64,000 bases of DNA from an uncultured delta proteobacterium (GTDB lineage Bacteria; Myxococcota_A; Polyangia; Fen-1088): positions 2,304,001 through 2,368,000 of the forward strand of contig CAVYGB010000008.1 of the NCBI GenBank assembly GCA_963767925.1. Direction: 5' to 3'. The position numbers and the translations under genes were made by a program. Below, piece after piece: positions 24,403-34,229 of the stretch. The notes under the pieces were generated by a model that was given only the letters and a program-made list of their open reading frames with translations, searched no databases and was not told the origin of the DNA. The stretch's first letter is position 1. Each line of letters opens with the position of its first letter.

Positions 24403-25558
24403 TTGCCAGCCGAGAGCGCGGCCCGGCCTCGCCGTCACCGTCGCCCTGGCGACCGTCGTCCTGGCCGCGCTCGCCGGCTGTGGGGACGATCGGGGGGACG
24501 CCTCGGGGGCGCCCTTTCCTGCTCCGAACCGCCGCCTCGACGCCGGCTCCGTGGCCGATGGCGGAGACGGGTCGGGGTTCGACCCCGACGGTGGTCCCGA
24601 CCCCGGCCCGGAGCGCGACGCCGGGGACGACGAGCCCACGGGCTGGCCGGTCGGATCCGTGCCTCTGCCCTGGCGGATCCGGTGGATCGGCGATCCGCCC
24701 CCTGCCCCCCCGCCGGCCGATGCCGCGCCTCCGGCCGACACCGCCCCACCCGACGCCGGTCCGGACGCGCCTGCCGACGCCGCACCCGACGCGCAGCTGG
24801 ACGCCGCACCGGAGGTCGCCCCCGACGGGGCGCCCGAGCTCGCCCCCGACGGGTCACCGGACCTGTCCGCCGCCGACGCCCCCCACACCCCCGACCCCGA
24901 TGCCCCCGCGGCAGACGCGTCCGACCTCGAGCGCGGTCCACCCGACGGGACGGACGGCCCGATGTCGGGCGAGGTGCCCGCTGCGGAGGTTGCGGCGGGA
25001 CGCCCGGCATCCGAGGACGATCGCGATCCCGATCCGGGGTGGTGGGCCCAGGCCCAGGCCGATGGCCCCCGCTTCGCCCTGCGGGCCGGGGGCACCGGGG
25101 TGGGCGTCAGCGACGCCGCCGATCAGTTCCTGTTCGTCGAACAGCCGGTCGCCGGCGACGCCACCCTCGTGGCGCGGGTGCGGACTGTCACCGGCTGTCC
25201 TGCCGGCCGTGTAACCTTCGGAGTCATGTTGCGCGCCTCGCTGGCCCCGGGGGCTCCTTACGTCATGGCCGCCGTGAGCGGCACGCCGGGGGCGACCTTG
25301 CAGGCCCGTCGCTTCGCGGACTACTACGCCAACGTGCTCCGGATCGACAACGGGGTCGAGCGCCCGCTCCTGCTCCGGGTGCGCCGGGAGGGCACCCGGG
25401 CCACGGCGGGATACTCCCGGGACGGCCAGATCTGGCAGGAGGCCCGGGTCGATCTATCCGAGATGGGCCCGGAGGCCCACTTCGGGCTGGTGGCGAGCTC
25501 TCACCGGGGAGCCGCCACCTGCGCGGCCCTCTTCGAAAGTGTCGTGGTCGGTCCGTGA
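24403..25558 (+). CDS. Lipoprotein with Asp/Pro/Ala linker and C-terminal concanavalin-like beta-sandwich (start uncertain)
   Basis: Lipobox LAGC; PDAAP-type repeats; ADQFLFV..PVAGDATLVARV, GVMLR.SL, YSRDG..W. Confidence 0.6.
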
Positions 25559-25569
25559 GCGAGGGGGGC

Positions 25570-26769
25570 ATGTCCGAGGAAGGTTCTCCACTTTCGCTCG
25601 AGCAGGTGCGCGCGGCGGCGGCGGTGGGTCGGTTACCCGAGCTGGCCCGTCAGCTCGTCGCCGACCGCCGCTGGTCGTCGCTGGAGGTGCTGCTCTCGAT
25701 CTCCGCCACCCCGTCGCTGCCGCTCGAGGACGTGGTCGCGGCGCTGTCGGCGGTGCTGGCCGGGCTGGGCGAGCTCCCCGAGGCCGACGCCCGCGAGGCG
25801 GCGCTGGAGCTCCGCCAGGCCCAGCTTCACGCGGCCTCGGCCCTGGCGCGGCGGGCGGACCGCAACCCCCTGACCGAGCGGGAGCGCGGCGGCCTGCGCG
25901 CGTCGGCCGGGCTGCTCGCCGGGCTCGGCGAGCTGCGACGGGCGGCCGAGCTGTACGAGAAGGCCGGCGATGACGTTCATGCCGCCGAGACCTGGGGAGG
26001 GCTGGGCGAGCTGGATCGGATGGAGGTTTGCCTGGCCCGCGAAGAGGCCCGCCGCCAGGCGCGGCTCCGCATCGCCGAGGCCCGCCGTCGCTTCGAGACA
26101 CTCTCGGTGTCCGGCGAACGGCTCGAGGCGGTGCGCGCCGCCCTCGACGTCGGCGAGACCGATCTCGACAGCCACGAGCTGACCACCCGCAGCCGGCAGA
26201 TGGAGACCCGCCTCTGCCGTGGCCGGGGGGTCGGCCTCCGCCTGCCCGACGGGCGGGTGCTGGGGGTGGCCGGCCTCCCCGCCACCCTCGGTCGCGATCC
26301 CACCGTCGAGATCTCCATCCGCGAGCCGACCGTCTCGCGGCACCACGCCCGCCTGCTGGCGGTCGGCGCCGACATCGGGATCGAGGACCTGGGCTCACGG
26401 GGTGGCACCCGCCTCGGCGGATTTCCACTCGCCGGGCGGCTGGCCCTCCGGGGCGCGGGGGAGATCGCCCTCGGCGCCTCCTGCCTGCTGCGGTTCAGGG
26501 CGCTCGCCGGAGGCGTGCTGGAGCTGCGCGGGAGCACGGGCCTCGACCGCGAGCACTGGACCCTGGTGGGCACCGGCGAGATCGACGTCGGGCCGGCCCT
26601 CGGTCTCGCCACCTGGCTCCGGATCGCGTTCCGCAACGGGGTCGCCCGCCTGCAACGGCCGCTGGAGCTGCCCCTGCGGGTGGACGGTCAGCTCGTGGGG
26701 CTCGGCTGCGACCTGCTCCACGGCGACCGCATCGAGACGCCCTCCGGAGACCGCCTGGAGGTCCTGTGA
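25570..26769 (+). CDS. Helical/TPR-like plus FHA-domain protein
   Basis: LGRD, VSRHHA, EDLGSRGGT FHA motifs; AAELYEKAG helical repeat. Confidence 0.8.
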   Translation: MSEEGSPLSLEQVRAAAAVGRLPELARQLVADRRWSSLEVLLSISATPSLPLEDVVAALSAVLAGLGELPEADAREAALELRQAQLHAASALARRADRNPLTERERGGLRASAGLLAGLGELRRAAELYEKAGDDVHAAETWGGLGELDRMEVCLAREEARRQARLRIAEARRRFETLSVSGERLEAVRAALDVGETDLDSHELTTRSRQMETRLCRGRGVGLRLPDGRVLGVAGLPATLGRDPTVEISIREPTVSRHHARLLAVGADIGIEDLGSRGGTRLGGFPLAGRLALRGAGEIALGASCLLRFRALAGGVLELRGSTGLDREHWTLVGTGEIDVGPALGLATWLRIAFRNGVARLQRPLELPLRVDGQLVGLGCDLLHGDRIETPSGDRLEVL

Positions 26770-27971
26770 GCGCGCCGACGAAGGAGGATCCCCACCTCAC
26801 GGCGCTCGAGCTGCGTTTCGCTCAGGATCCGGAGGACCCCGACACGCGGCTCGAGCTGTTCGAGCAGCTGCTCAGCCGGGGCGAGCCGGCGGCGGCCCGC
26901 GAGCTGCTGCTGCCGCTCTCCGCGAGCCAGCACCCGCTGTCGGCCCAGGCGATCGCCCGCCTGGCCCGGCTCGACGAGCACGAGGGGCGCATCGCCGATG
27001 CGGTCCTTCGCTGGGAGCGGCTGCTGGCCGACGACATCGACCACGACCTGGCCTGGGCCCAGCTCGCCCGTCTCGGTCGGGCCAGCGTCACCGCGGCGGC
27101 CTATTCACCGGGCGTCTTGCCGGTGGCGGCGCCCACCCTGGAGTCCCCGGCCGGGGTGAGCTTCTCCCGGTTCGAGATCGTCCGGGAGATCGGCCGGGGC
27201 AGCTCGGCGACCGTCTACCTGGCGCGCGATCGGACCCTGGACATCGAGGTGGCTCTCAAGGTGCTCCACCCGCGGGCGGGCGACGTCGCCGACGCCGAGC
27301 TGGACCACCACTTCTTTCACGAGGCGCGGACCGTGGCCGGGCTCCGGCACCCCGGGGTGGTGGCGATCTACGATGTCGACGAGGGGGCCCGGACGCTCGT
27401 CATGGAGCACATCCCCGGCGGAACGTTGCGCGAGCGGCTGCGCGCGCCTTCCGGGGGTCCGACGGTCCGGCGGGGGCTGCCGGTCCCGGAGGTCCTCGCC
27501 CTCGGACGGCGGATCCTCTCCGCCCTCGCCTACCTGCACGAGCGGGGGGTCGTTCATGGCGATCTGACTCCCCGGAACGTCCTGCTGCGGGGACCGGCCA
27601 ACCCGGTCCTCGTCGACTTCGGGATCGCCCGTCGGGGCCCCGCCGGGGAGGAAGCGAGCGCGCCGCCGGCCGCAGGCACCCCCCTTTACCTCGCACCCGA
27701 GCGGTTCCGGGGCGCCCCCTCCTCGACCAGCACCGATCTGTTCGCGGTGGGGGCCCTGCTCTGGGAGGCGCTGGCGGGACACCCGCTCCGCACCCACGGC
27801 GACCTGGTGGGCCAGCGCACAGACAGCCGGCCGCTGCCCCGGGAGGTCGAGGAGGCGCTCGGCTCGCCGGAGCACCCGCTGGCGCGCATGGTCGCGGCGC
27901 TGACTGCCGCGAACCCCCGCCTCCGGCCCGACAGCGCCGGGGCGGCCCTGCGCGAGCTTGCCGGGCGCTGA
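26766..27971 (+). CDS. Ser/Thr protein kinase with N-terminal TPR-like region
   Basis: GRGSSATV, VALK, HGDLTPRN, DFG, GTPLYLAPE; GTGA overlap with the FHA gene. Confidence 0.85.
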   Translation: MSAPTKEDPHLTALELRFAQDPEDPDTRLELFEQLLSRGEPAAARELLLPLSASQHPLSAQAIARLARLDEHEGRIADAVLRWERLLADDIDHDLAWAQLARLGRASVTAAAYSPGVLPVAAPTLESPAGVSFSRFEIVREIGRGSSATVYLARDRTLDIEVALKVLHPRAGDVADAELDHHFFHEARTVAGLRHPGVVAIYDVDEGARTLVMEHIPGGTLRERLRAPSGGPTVRRGLPVPEVLALGRRILSALAYLHERGVVHGDLTPRNVLLRGPANPVLVDFGIARRGPAGEEASAPPAAGTPLYLAPERFRGAPSSTSTDLFAVGALLWEALAGHPLRTHGDLVGQRTDSRPLPREVEEALGSPEHPLARMVAALTAANPRLRPDSAGAALRELAGR

Positions 27972-27974
27972 CGA

Positions 27975-29807
27975 TCAGAAGGCGAGTTGCAGGGCCAGGC
28001 CCAGGTCGGCCACCCCGGCGAAGTCGGGGACACCGAACAGCCAGCGCAGATCAGCCGCGACGGCGACGTGATGCGACAGGTGAAACAGCGCCCCCGCCCC
28101 CGCGCCGGCCACGAAGGGCCCCCCGCGGACCGAGTCGTTGCGCCGGAACCGGGGCGGCTGGGGCGGCACCGTCAGCCGGAAGCCATCGCCCCCGCCCGCG
28201 TAGGCCGACAGGTTGAGCTGGAGGTTCCGGCGGCCCAGCAGGAGCTGGGGCCGCGCCAGGACGGCGAAGGCGCTCCGCGCGGGGTTGCCCACCCGCATGT
28301 CACCCGACCCGGTCTGGGAGATGACCTGCAGGCGGGCCAGCACGGAGAAGGCAAAGTTCTCCGAGAACTGGTAGCCGACCTCCGGAGCCAGGTGCAACAG
28401 GCCGCTCGGGATCCAGCCCGCGTCGATCTCGGCGTCCTGGTAGAACTCCAGGCGCTGGGTCCGGTGCACGCCGTACCCGGAGCCGACGCCCACCGCGACG
28501 TAGACCGAGCCGACCTGGCGGCGGCGGATCCCGGCCGCCTCGATCTCGCGTTCACGGGCCCGGGCCGCAGCCTCGAGCGGGTCTTCCTCGCCCGAAGCCG
28601 CGCCTGGCCGCCGGCGGGAGCGGACCCCGGCGAAAAGGCCCTGGGCCACGGCCACGGCGCCCTCCCGGATGAGCACGACGTTGGGGCTGTCGTCCCGTCC
28701 GGCGCTGCCGACCACCTCGTTGGTGGCATCGCGGGCTTCCACGTAGAAGTGCAGCGAGCGCCCCTGCACGACGCTGGCCGGAATGACGCCCCGGTACCAG
28801 CCCTTCGACGACCGCACGGTCGACGCGGACCTGAACCGGACGTCGCCCGGGACGCGATAATAAAGGAAAACCTTGCTCGCGCTCACCTCGGGCTGCAGCA
28901 CGCAGTTCAGGGTGATCCGCTCGCTGGGAGGGGCCTCGTCCGGCGTGGGACAATAGACCGGCTGGGGGACGCGCGCCGGCAGGTCCGGTTCCTCCGGGGC
29001 TCCGCGGCGCCGCGCTGCCCGCGGAGGGCGGACGATGGCGACCTTGGCCGGTCGAGCCTCGGTCTCCTCGGCCCGGGGACCCGGCGCCGTCTCGACCGCA
29101 GCAGGTGCGGGCGGGGTCTCGGCGGCAGGAGCGGACGGCGTCGAGACGATAGCCGCTGGCGGGGTGGGCGCGCCGGGGCGAGCGGCCGGCGCGGGAGCGG
29201 CGGGAGCGATGCCGGGACCAGACGCAGGAGGCGGTGCCGCCGGCCCCCGGTCCGGGGGACCGGGCACGGTCGGAGGGGCCGCCGGCGTCACGGCACGCGC
29301 GGGGAGCGCTGCCGGAGGGGACTCCGGTGCCGCGGGACGCCCGGGGGGCTCCGCCGGCGGCGGGGAGCCCGCCTCCGCCGGCGGTGGGGCCGGCGCCGGC
29401 GTCCGGGGGCGGGCGCGCCCCTGCAGCCGGTCGAACACCTCGCGAAGCTCGGGCGTGACCAGGGTATCGGTCAGCTTGATGTCGGGCTCGATGGCGAGGG
29501 CCGACTCCAGCGCCCGGACCCCGCGCTTCGAATCCTTGAAACCGTTTATGTAGACGGCGCCCAGGTTGACGAAGATCCGCGCCATCAGCGGCTCCTCGGC
29601 GAGCCCGGCGCGCTGGCTCAGGGCGACCGCCTCGCGCAACCCGAGCTGGGCAGACTCGTAGTCCTCCGCGGCGTAGTCGGCGATGGCCTGGCGGTTCAGC
29701 TCCTTTATTTTGAGCACGGGCCCACCCTCCTGCGCCCGGCTCACGGCCGGCGAGGAGAGCAGGAGCAGGCAAGCCAGCCTGCCGAGTGCAGCCGCGCGAA
29801 GGCTCAT
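27975..29807 (-). CDS. Exported TPR / Pro-rich / Ig-like / outer-membrane beta-barrel protein
   Basis: Signal peptide; TPR (ARIFVNLGAVY); alternating beta strands; terminal Phe (LQLAF). Confidence 0.7.
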   Translation of the reverse strand: MSLRAAALGRLACLLLLSSPAVSRAQEGGPVLKIKELNRQAIADYAAEDYESAQLGLREAVALSQRAGLAEEPLMARIFVNLGAVYINGFKDSKRGVRALESALAIEPDIKLTDTLVTPELREVFDRLQGRARPRTPAPAPPPAEAGSPPPAEPPGRPAAPESPPAALPARAVTPAAPPTVPGPPDRGPAAPPPASGPGIAPAAPAPAARPGAPTPPAAIVSTPSAPAAETPPAPAAVETAPGPRAEETEARPAKVAIVRPPRAARRRGAPEEPDLPARVPQPVYCPTPDEAPPSERITLNCVLQPEVSASKVFLYYRVPGDVRFRSASTVRSSKGWYRGVIPASVVQGRSLHFYVEARDATNEVVGSAGRDDSPNVVLIREGAVAVAQGLFAGVRSRRRPGAASGEEDPLEAAARAREREIEAAGIRRRQVGSVYVAVGVGSGYGVHRTQRLEFYQDAEIDAGWIPSGLLHLAPEVGYQFSENFAFSVLARLQVISQTGSGDMRVGNPARSAFAVLARPQLLLGRRNLQLNLSAYAGGGDGFRLTVPPQPPRFRRNDSVRGGPFVAGAGAGALFHLSHHVAVAADLRWLFGVPDFAGVADLGLALQLAF

Positions 29808-30230
29808 CCGTCGACCCCCCTGGTCTACGTCTACTACGAAAGGCGGCCAAAAGGTTTTCCTACCCCCATTCAGAAGGCAGAGTCAGGGCCGGATCATGTC
29901 TTCGTCGACATCATCGCCGGTCTGGGCGTCGTGTCCACTTTTCTACGCCCGCGCCGCCCGACGCCCGGCGGGGCGCACGTTTGACATGGCCGCCCGGTCC
30001 CGGCGAAAACCCGGGAATCGGAGGCTCGCCGCGGCTTCGGCGCCCACCCACTCCTCCGCGCCCCTGCCCGGCGCCCGGGCGACTTCCACAACGCCTCCGC
30101 AAAGTTGCAGTTGATCGGCGGCAGGTTTTGGCGATATGTAGCCTTACTCGTTTCAGGATCGTTAATCTCTACCCGCTCTCTGAAGGGCGACTTCGCCCCC
30201 CTGGCAGGGGCGCTTCCGCGGAGGTCTCCG

Positions 30231-30485
30231 GTGAACCAGCTCATCGCCTTTCTTCTCGATCACGCGATGCTCGACTTCTCGGGGGACCTCTCGCTGGACA
30301 TGGTCAAAGATTTCCTGCGCGGTGATGACAGCCCCGAGGCGAGGTCCCTCCTGACCAAGCTGGTCCAGGAACGCGGCGTCGAGGACATGGTGGTCACCCT
30401 GGCCGACTGCCTCCAGGAGAGCCTGCGAACCGGCCTGAGCGAAGACGTCGTCCGCGACCAGCTTCGCCTCTACTCCGAGAGCTGA
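30231..30485 (+). CDS. Small acidic helical hypothetical protein (84 aa)
   Basis: GGAGG at 30220, GTG start, strong GC3 bias. Confidence 0.7.
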   Translation: MNQLIAFLLDHAMLDFSGDLSLDMVKDFLRGDDSPEARSLLTKLVQERGVEDMVVTLADCLQESLRTGLSEDVVRDQLRLYSES

Positions 30486-30732
30486 GCCCGGTTCGGTCCG
30501 ACAGCCCCGCCGAGAGCCGAGCTCCGGTCCCGTCTCGCTGCCTGGGGGTCCGGTCCCCCCGGAGGACATTGCTGGTTGCCCTGGCTGGGCGCCTGGCCTT
30601 ATCTTGTGGTCCGCCCCAACCGCCACGGAGCGGTGCTCCGTAAAGGCCCGGAAAGGACCCGAAAACTGGCGCCAACGCCGGAATGCTTGATGGTTTTTTG
30701 TGTTGTGTCGCACCTACAAGCATGAGAGAAAC

Positions 30733-30750
30733 CGAACGAGTATTCGTTCG
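30733..30750. promoter_or_regulatory. Palindromic operator candidate
   Basis: CGAACGA-GTAT-TCGTTCG in an AT-richer intergenic region. Confidence 0.45.
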
Positions 30751-31027
30751 TAGGCTACGACACTAATTTGAGTACGGCCCAAAGGGCCCCGCGCTCTGCC
30801 CCTCTCTGCCGGATTCGCACATGCAGCACCTGGTTGCCCCGCCCGTCCGGCGCGAGACGAAAAATCCCAGGACTAGCGCACTTGCGCGTGTTCCTGCGTA
30901 AATGACCTTCCGAAAAAAAGCGAAACGCGATTTTCAACTCAGGCCACTGATGAGATGCGTACAGGTGGTCGCCAAGAGGCCGCCAGGATACTCGCCGTCA
31001 ATGCCATCCCAACCAAAGGGGGATCCC

Positions 31028-33028
31028 ATGTTGCACGTACCGAGGCCCTCCTCCCAACCTCGGGTCGATACCCACCCGGGTGCCCGCCGCCTCTCCTGGG
31101 CGGCCATCCTGGTAGCCGCTCCTCTCCTCGCCGCCTCCTGCGGTGAGGGCTCCTTCGGCACTACTGGAAATCCGAACCGGGGTAATGTCCCCGTAGCGCA
31201 GCCGCCCATCCCGCAGCTGCCGCTCCCTCCCGCCGTGTCGCCGCCGCCCTCATCGCCGGCTCCGACGCCGGGTCCGAGCATCGATCCGCCTCCCTCCGTC
31301 CTACCGCCGGAGCCCGTGCCCCCAGGGGCACCCCCCGCTCCCCCGCCTGCCGATCCCAACATCAAGCCGGTCGCTCGTTCTCCCATGCCCCAGGCGATCT
31401 ACGATCTCCTGAAGCGGGAGTGCTACCAGTGCCACACCTACGGCCAGCGTGACCCCGCTGGCTGGGGCTCGGTCCTCGACCTGTCCCGCATGATCGCGGG
31501 CGACATCATCGTCCCCGGCAGCCTCGAGCAGTCCCGGCTCTGGTACCGCGTGGCCGTGCGGAACGACATGCCGTTCGACGGCCCCCGCCTCACCCCCGAG
31601 GAGAAGGGCCTCATCCAGCAGTGGATCCTCACCATGCAGCGTCCGCAGCTCCGTCCCCGGAGCAACGAGGACATCCTCGACCTGCTGGTGAACGACTCCC
31701 GCCGCGCTGGAAACAGCAACGACTTCCGGTACATCAGCTTCGCCCACTTCGCGGACGAAGGCCGGACCAAGGAGGAGATCGCCATCCTCGAGGGCGTCGT
31801 CAACATCATGTTGAACAGCCTCTCGCGGCGGCCGAACCTCATCCGCGTCGAAGCGGCTGACCCCGATCGGACCATCTTCCGGTTCCGCATCTCCCAGCTC
31901 GGCTGGAACGCTGCGGACTGGGACGAGGTCGTGCGGTTCTACCCGTACTGCCTCCGGTCTGAGGTGAACGCCCACCAGAACCTGTACAACCGGCTGGACA
32001 CGGAAGCTCCGTTCCTCCGCGGCGACTGGTTCATCTCCACCGCCATGCTCTCGCCGCTCTACGAACGGCTGGTCGACTTGCCGGCCAACCTGAACGATCT
32101 CGAGCAGGACCTGGACTTCGACATCGACCAGAACGTTCTGAACAACGACATCATCCGCGTGGCCTTCGGCTTCTCGGGCGTGTCGTTCCAGGAGCGCATG
32201 ATCGAGCGTCACGACCTGGGCAATGGCGACTACTTCTGGTGGAGCTACGACTTCGCAGACCGGCTGGCGACCTCTCGGGTGACCGAGCGGCCGATCGGTC
32301 CGGGCCGCCTCTTCGGGCAGTTCGAGAACACCTTCAACGAGGCCGGGGGCGAGGCCATCTTCTCGCTGCCGAACGACTTGCAGGGGTACTTCCTGACTGA
32401 CAACCAGGGGACCTTCCTCTCGGAAGCCCCGGTCCAGATCGTCGCCGACCCCCGCCGCCGCAAGGGCGCCGTGCAGAACGCTCTGTCCTGCCTCGGTTGC
32501 CACACGGAGTCGGGCATGCTCTTCCCGAAGGCATACGACGACGTCATCAAGTACGTCGAGGAACACCGCAACGACTTCAGCGCGGAAGAGCTCGACATCG
32601 TTCGCGAGATCTACCCCCGGAACACTCAGGCCATCCTGCAGAGGGACGCCGCTCGGTTCGCCCGAGCGATCAGCGCCCTTGGCCGGACGACCGAGAGCAG
32701 CCTCCAGGGTGGCGGCGTCGTCGAATGGGACGCCTGGGCCACGCTGGCCGGTCAGTACGAGTCGAAGCTGGGTCTGCGTGGCGGCGCCACGGAGCTCGGC
32801 ATCAGCATCGAGCAGGCTCGTACGCTCTTCCGGAGCGAACGTCGTAGCGCGAACAACGAGGACGCTCTCCCGCTGCTGATCAGCGACCCGCTGGTTACCC
32901 GCGAGGAGTGGTTCTGCCGGTTCCGCGAAGTGATCGGGACCGATGTCCGCCGGGGCCTCGACTTCTGCAACGGCAGCTTCGAGGAGGCCGCGCTCGAGGC
33001 CTTCTGCGACCAGATCATCAACGACTGA
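31028..33028 (+). CDS. Diheme c-type cytochrome lipoprotein (planctomycete-type cytochrome domain plus large conserved domain)
   Basis: Lipobox LAASC; Pro linker; CYQCH with downstream MP; CLGCH; GGEAIFSLPN. Confidence 0.75.
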   Translation: MLHVPRPSSQPRVDTHPGARRLSWAAILVAAPLLAASCGEGSFGTTGNPNRGNVPVAQPPIPQLPLPPAVSPPPSSPAPTPGPSIDPPPSVLPPEPVPPGAPPAPPPADPNIKPVARSPMPQAIYDLLKRECYQCHTYGQRDPAGWGSVLDLSRMIAGDIIVPGSLEQSRLWYRVAVRNDMPFDGPRLTPEEKGLIQQWILTMQRPQLRPRSNEDILDLLVNDSRRAGNSNDFRYISFAHFADEGRTKEEIAILEGVVNIMLNSLSRRPNLIRVEAADPDRTIFRFRISQLGWNAADWDEVVRFYPYCLRSEVNAHQNLYNRLDTEAPFLRGDWFISTAMLSPLYERLVDLPANLNDLEQDLDFDIDQNVLNNDIIRVAFGFSGVSFQERMIERHDLGNGDYFWWSYDFADRLATSRVTERPIGPGRLFGQFENTFNEAGGEAIFSLPNDLQGYFLTDNQGTFLSEAPVQIVADPRRRKGAVQNALSCLGCHTESGMLFPKAYDDVIKYVEEHRNDFSAEELDIVREIYPRNTQAILQRDAARFARAISALGRTTESSLQGGGVVEWDAWATLAGQYESKLGLRGGATELGISIEQARTLFRSERRSANNEDALPLLISDPLVTREEWFCRFREVIGTDVRRGLDFCNGSFEEAALEAFCDQIIND

Positions 33029-33050
33029 TCTAAGACATCCGGCCCTTGTT

Positions 33051-33095
33051 AAGGCCGCCCTCTCCTTGGGGGGAGGGCGGCCTTTCGATTTTTTT
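33051..33095 (+). terminator. Rho-independent terminator
   Basis: AAGGCCGCCCTC / GAGGGCGGCCTT stem followed by a T tract. Confidence 0.7.
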
Positions 33096-33108
33096 GAGGG
33101 GAAGCCCA

Positions 33109-34179
33109 ATGACAATCAAGTTCACCCGATCTCGCTCTACGGTTGGAGTAGGTACCTCGAGCAGGCGGAGACGGTCGATCGGCACGGGCCTGATCGGGCT
33201 CGCTCTCGCGGTGGGCGGCGCCGCCGGTTGTCCTGGTTCTCTGGATGAGTCCGTGATCCCCCTGGACGGTTCGAGGCCCCCTGTGGGTGGCATGGGCGGC
33301 GGTCCCCAGGCGACTCCCCCTCCCCCTGCTCAGGTTGGAGGCCGTGGTGGACGCGGTGGACGTGATGGTGGTGGCATGGCCGGCAGCGCCCCTCGCCGGG
33401 TCGACGCCGCGGTCGCAGCGCTTCCCTGCTGGGAGCCCACCGAGATCACCCGCCGGATCCTTCTTCCCAAGTGTGCAGGCGCGGCCTGCCACGACAACGT
33501 GATGCCAGCCGCCGGGCTCGATCTGCAGACGGCCGGTGCCCGCATGCGGCTCCAGAATGTCGGCTCCCGGCTCTGCGGCGGCCGCTCCCTGGTCACCGTT
33601 CAGGGTAACGCAGTCGGCGGTCACCTCTTCGACAAGCTCGTGGGCCTGCAGCCGATGGGCTGTGGCAACCGCATGCCGGCCAATGGCGCTTCCGCCGGAT
33701 ACCTCGACGCCACAGACGTGCAGTGCCTCCGGGACTGGTTCGTCAGGAACCCGCCCGTCCGGCTGCCCGACGCGGGCGCGCCGGTAGCAGCTCCCCCAGC
33801 TCCTCCTCCGCCGACCGACAACACGCGGCCCGAGCCACCCGCCGGCTTCTGCGCCAACCCCTCGGTTGACGGGTTCGAGAAGGTCCTGCGTCCGTTGTGC
33901 GGCGTCACCTGCCACAATCCAGCAAACCCCGCCCTCTTCGCGGCGTTCCTGGACCTCTACAACGCTGGCGCGAAGGGCCGCCTCGAGGGCACTTCATCGA
34001 GGCAGTGCGCTGGAAAGACCCTCATCGTTCAGGGGCGTCCTGAGGGACTTTTCTTTGATAAGGTCCAGCGCCAGGTACCGAATGGCTGCGGAACGGCCAT
34101 GCCTCCCACAATCCCTTATCTGCATCCGGCAGAGATTAAGTGTCTCAAGGATTGGATAGCCCCAGGCGTCGCACAGTGA
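33109..34179 (+). CDS. Lipoprotein with two cytochrome-c-like repeats (CX4CH, CX3CH)
   Basis: Lipobox AAGC; CAGAACH...CGNRMP...CLRDW and CGVTCH...CGTAMP...CLKDW. Confidence 0.7.
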   Translation: MTIKFTRSRSTVGVGTSSRRRRSIGTGLIGLALAVGGAAGCPGSLDESVIPLDGSRPPVGGMGGGPQATPPPPAQVGGRGGRGGRDGGGMAGSAPRRVDAAVAALPCWEPTEITRRILLPKCAGAACHDNVMPAAGLDLQTAGARMRLQNVGSRLCGGRSLVTVQGNAVGGHLFDKLVGLQPMGCGNRMPANGASAGYLDATDVQCLRDWFVRNPPVRLPDAGAPVAAPPAPPPPTDNTRPEPPAGFCANPSVDGFEKVLRPLCGVTCHNPANPALFAAFLDLYNAGAKGRLEGTSSRQCAGKTLIVQGRPEGLFFDKVQRQVPNGCGTAMPPTIPYLHPAEIKCLKDWIAPGVAQ

Positions 34180-34229
34180 GGTGTCCGTTGCTCCAAAACC
34201 ATCACAACACGGTGTCTCGAGCTCGGGTC

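Noticed and set aside
24700..24920. Short repeats as a CRISPR or VNTR
   Set aside because: Degenerate, in-frame PDA-type linker coding; no repeat-spacer structure or cas genes
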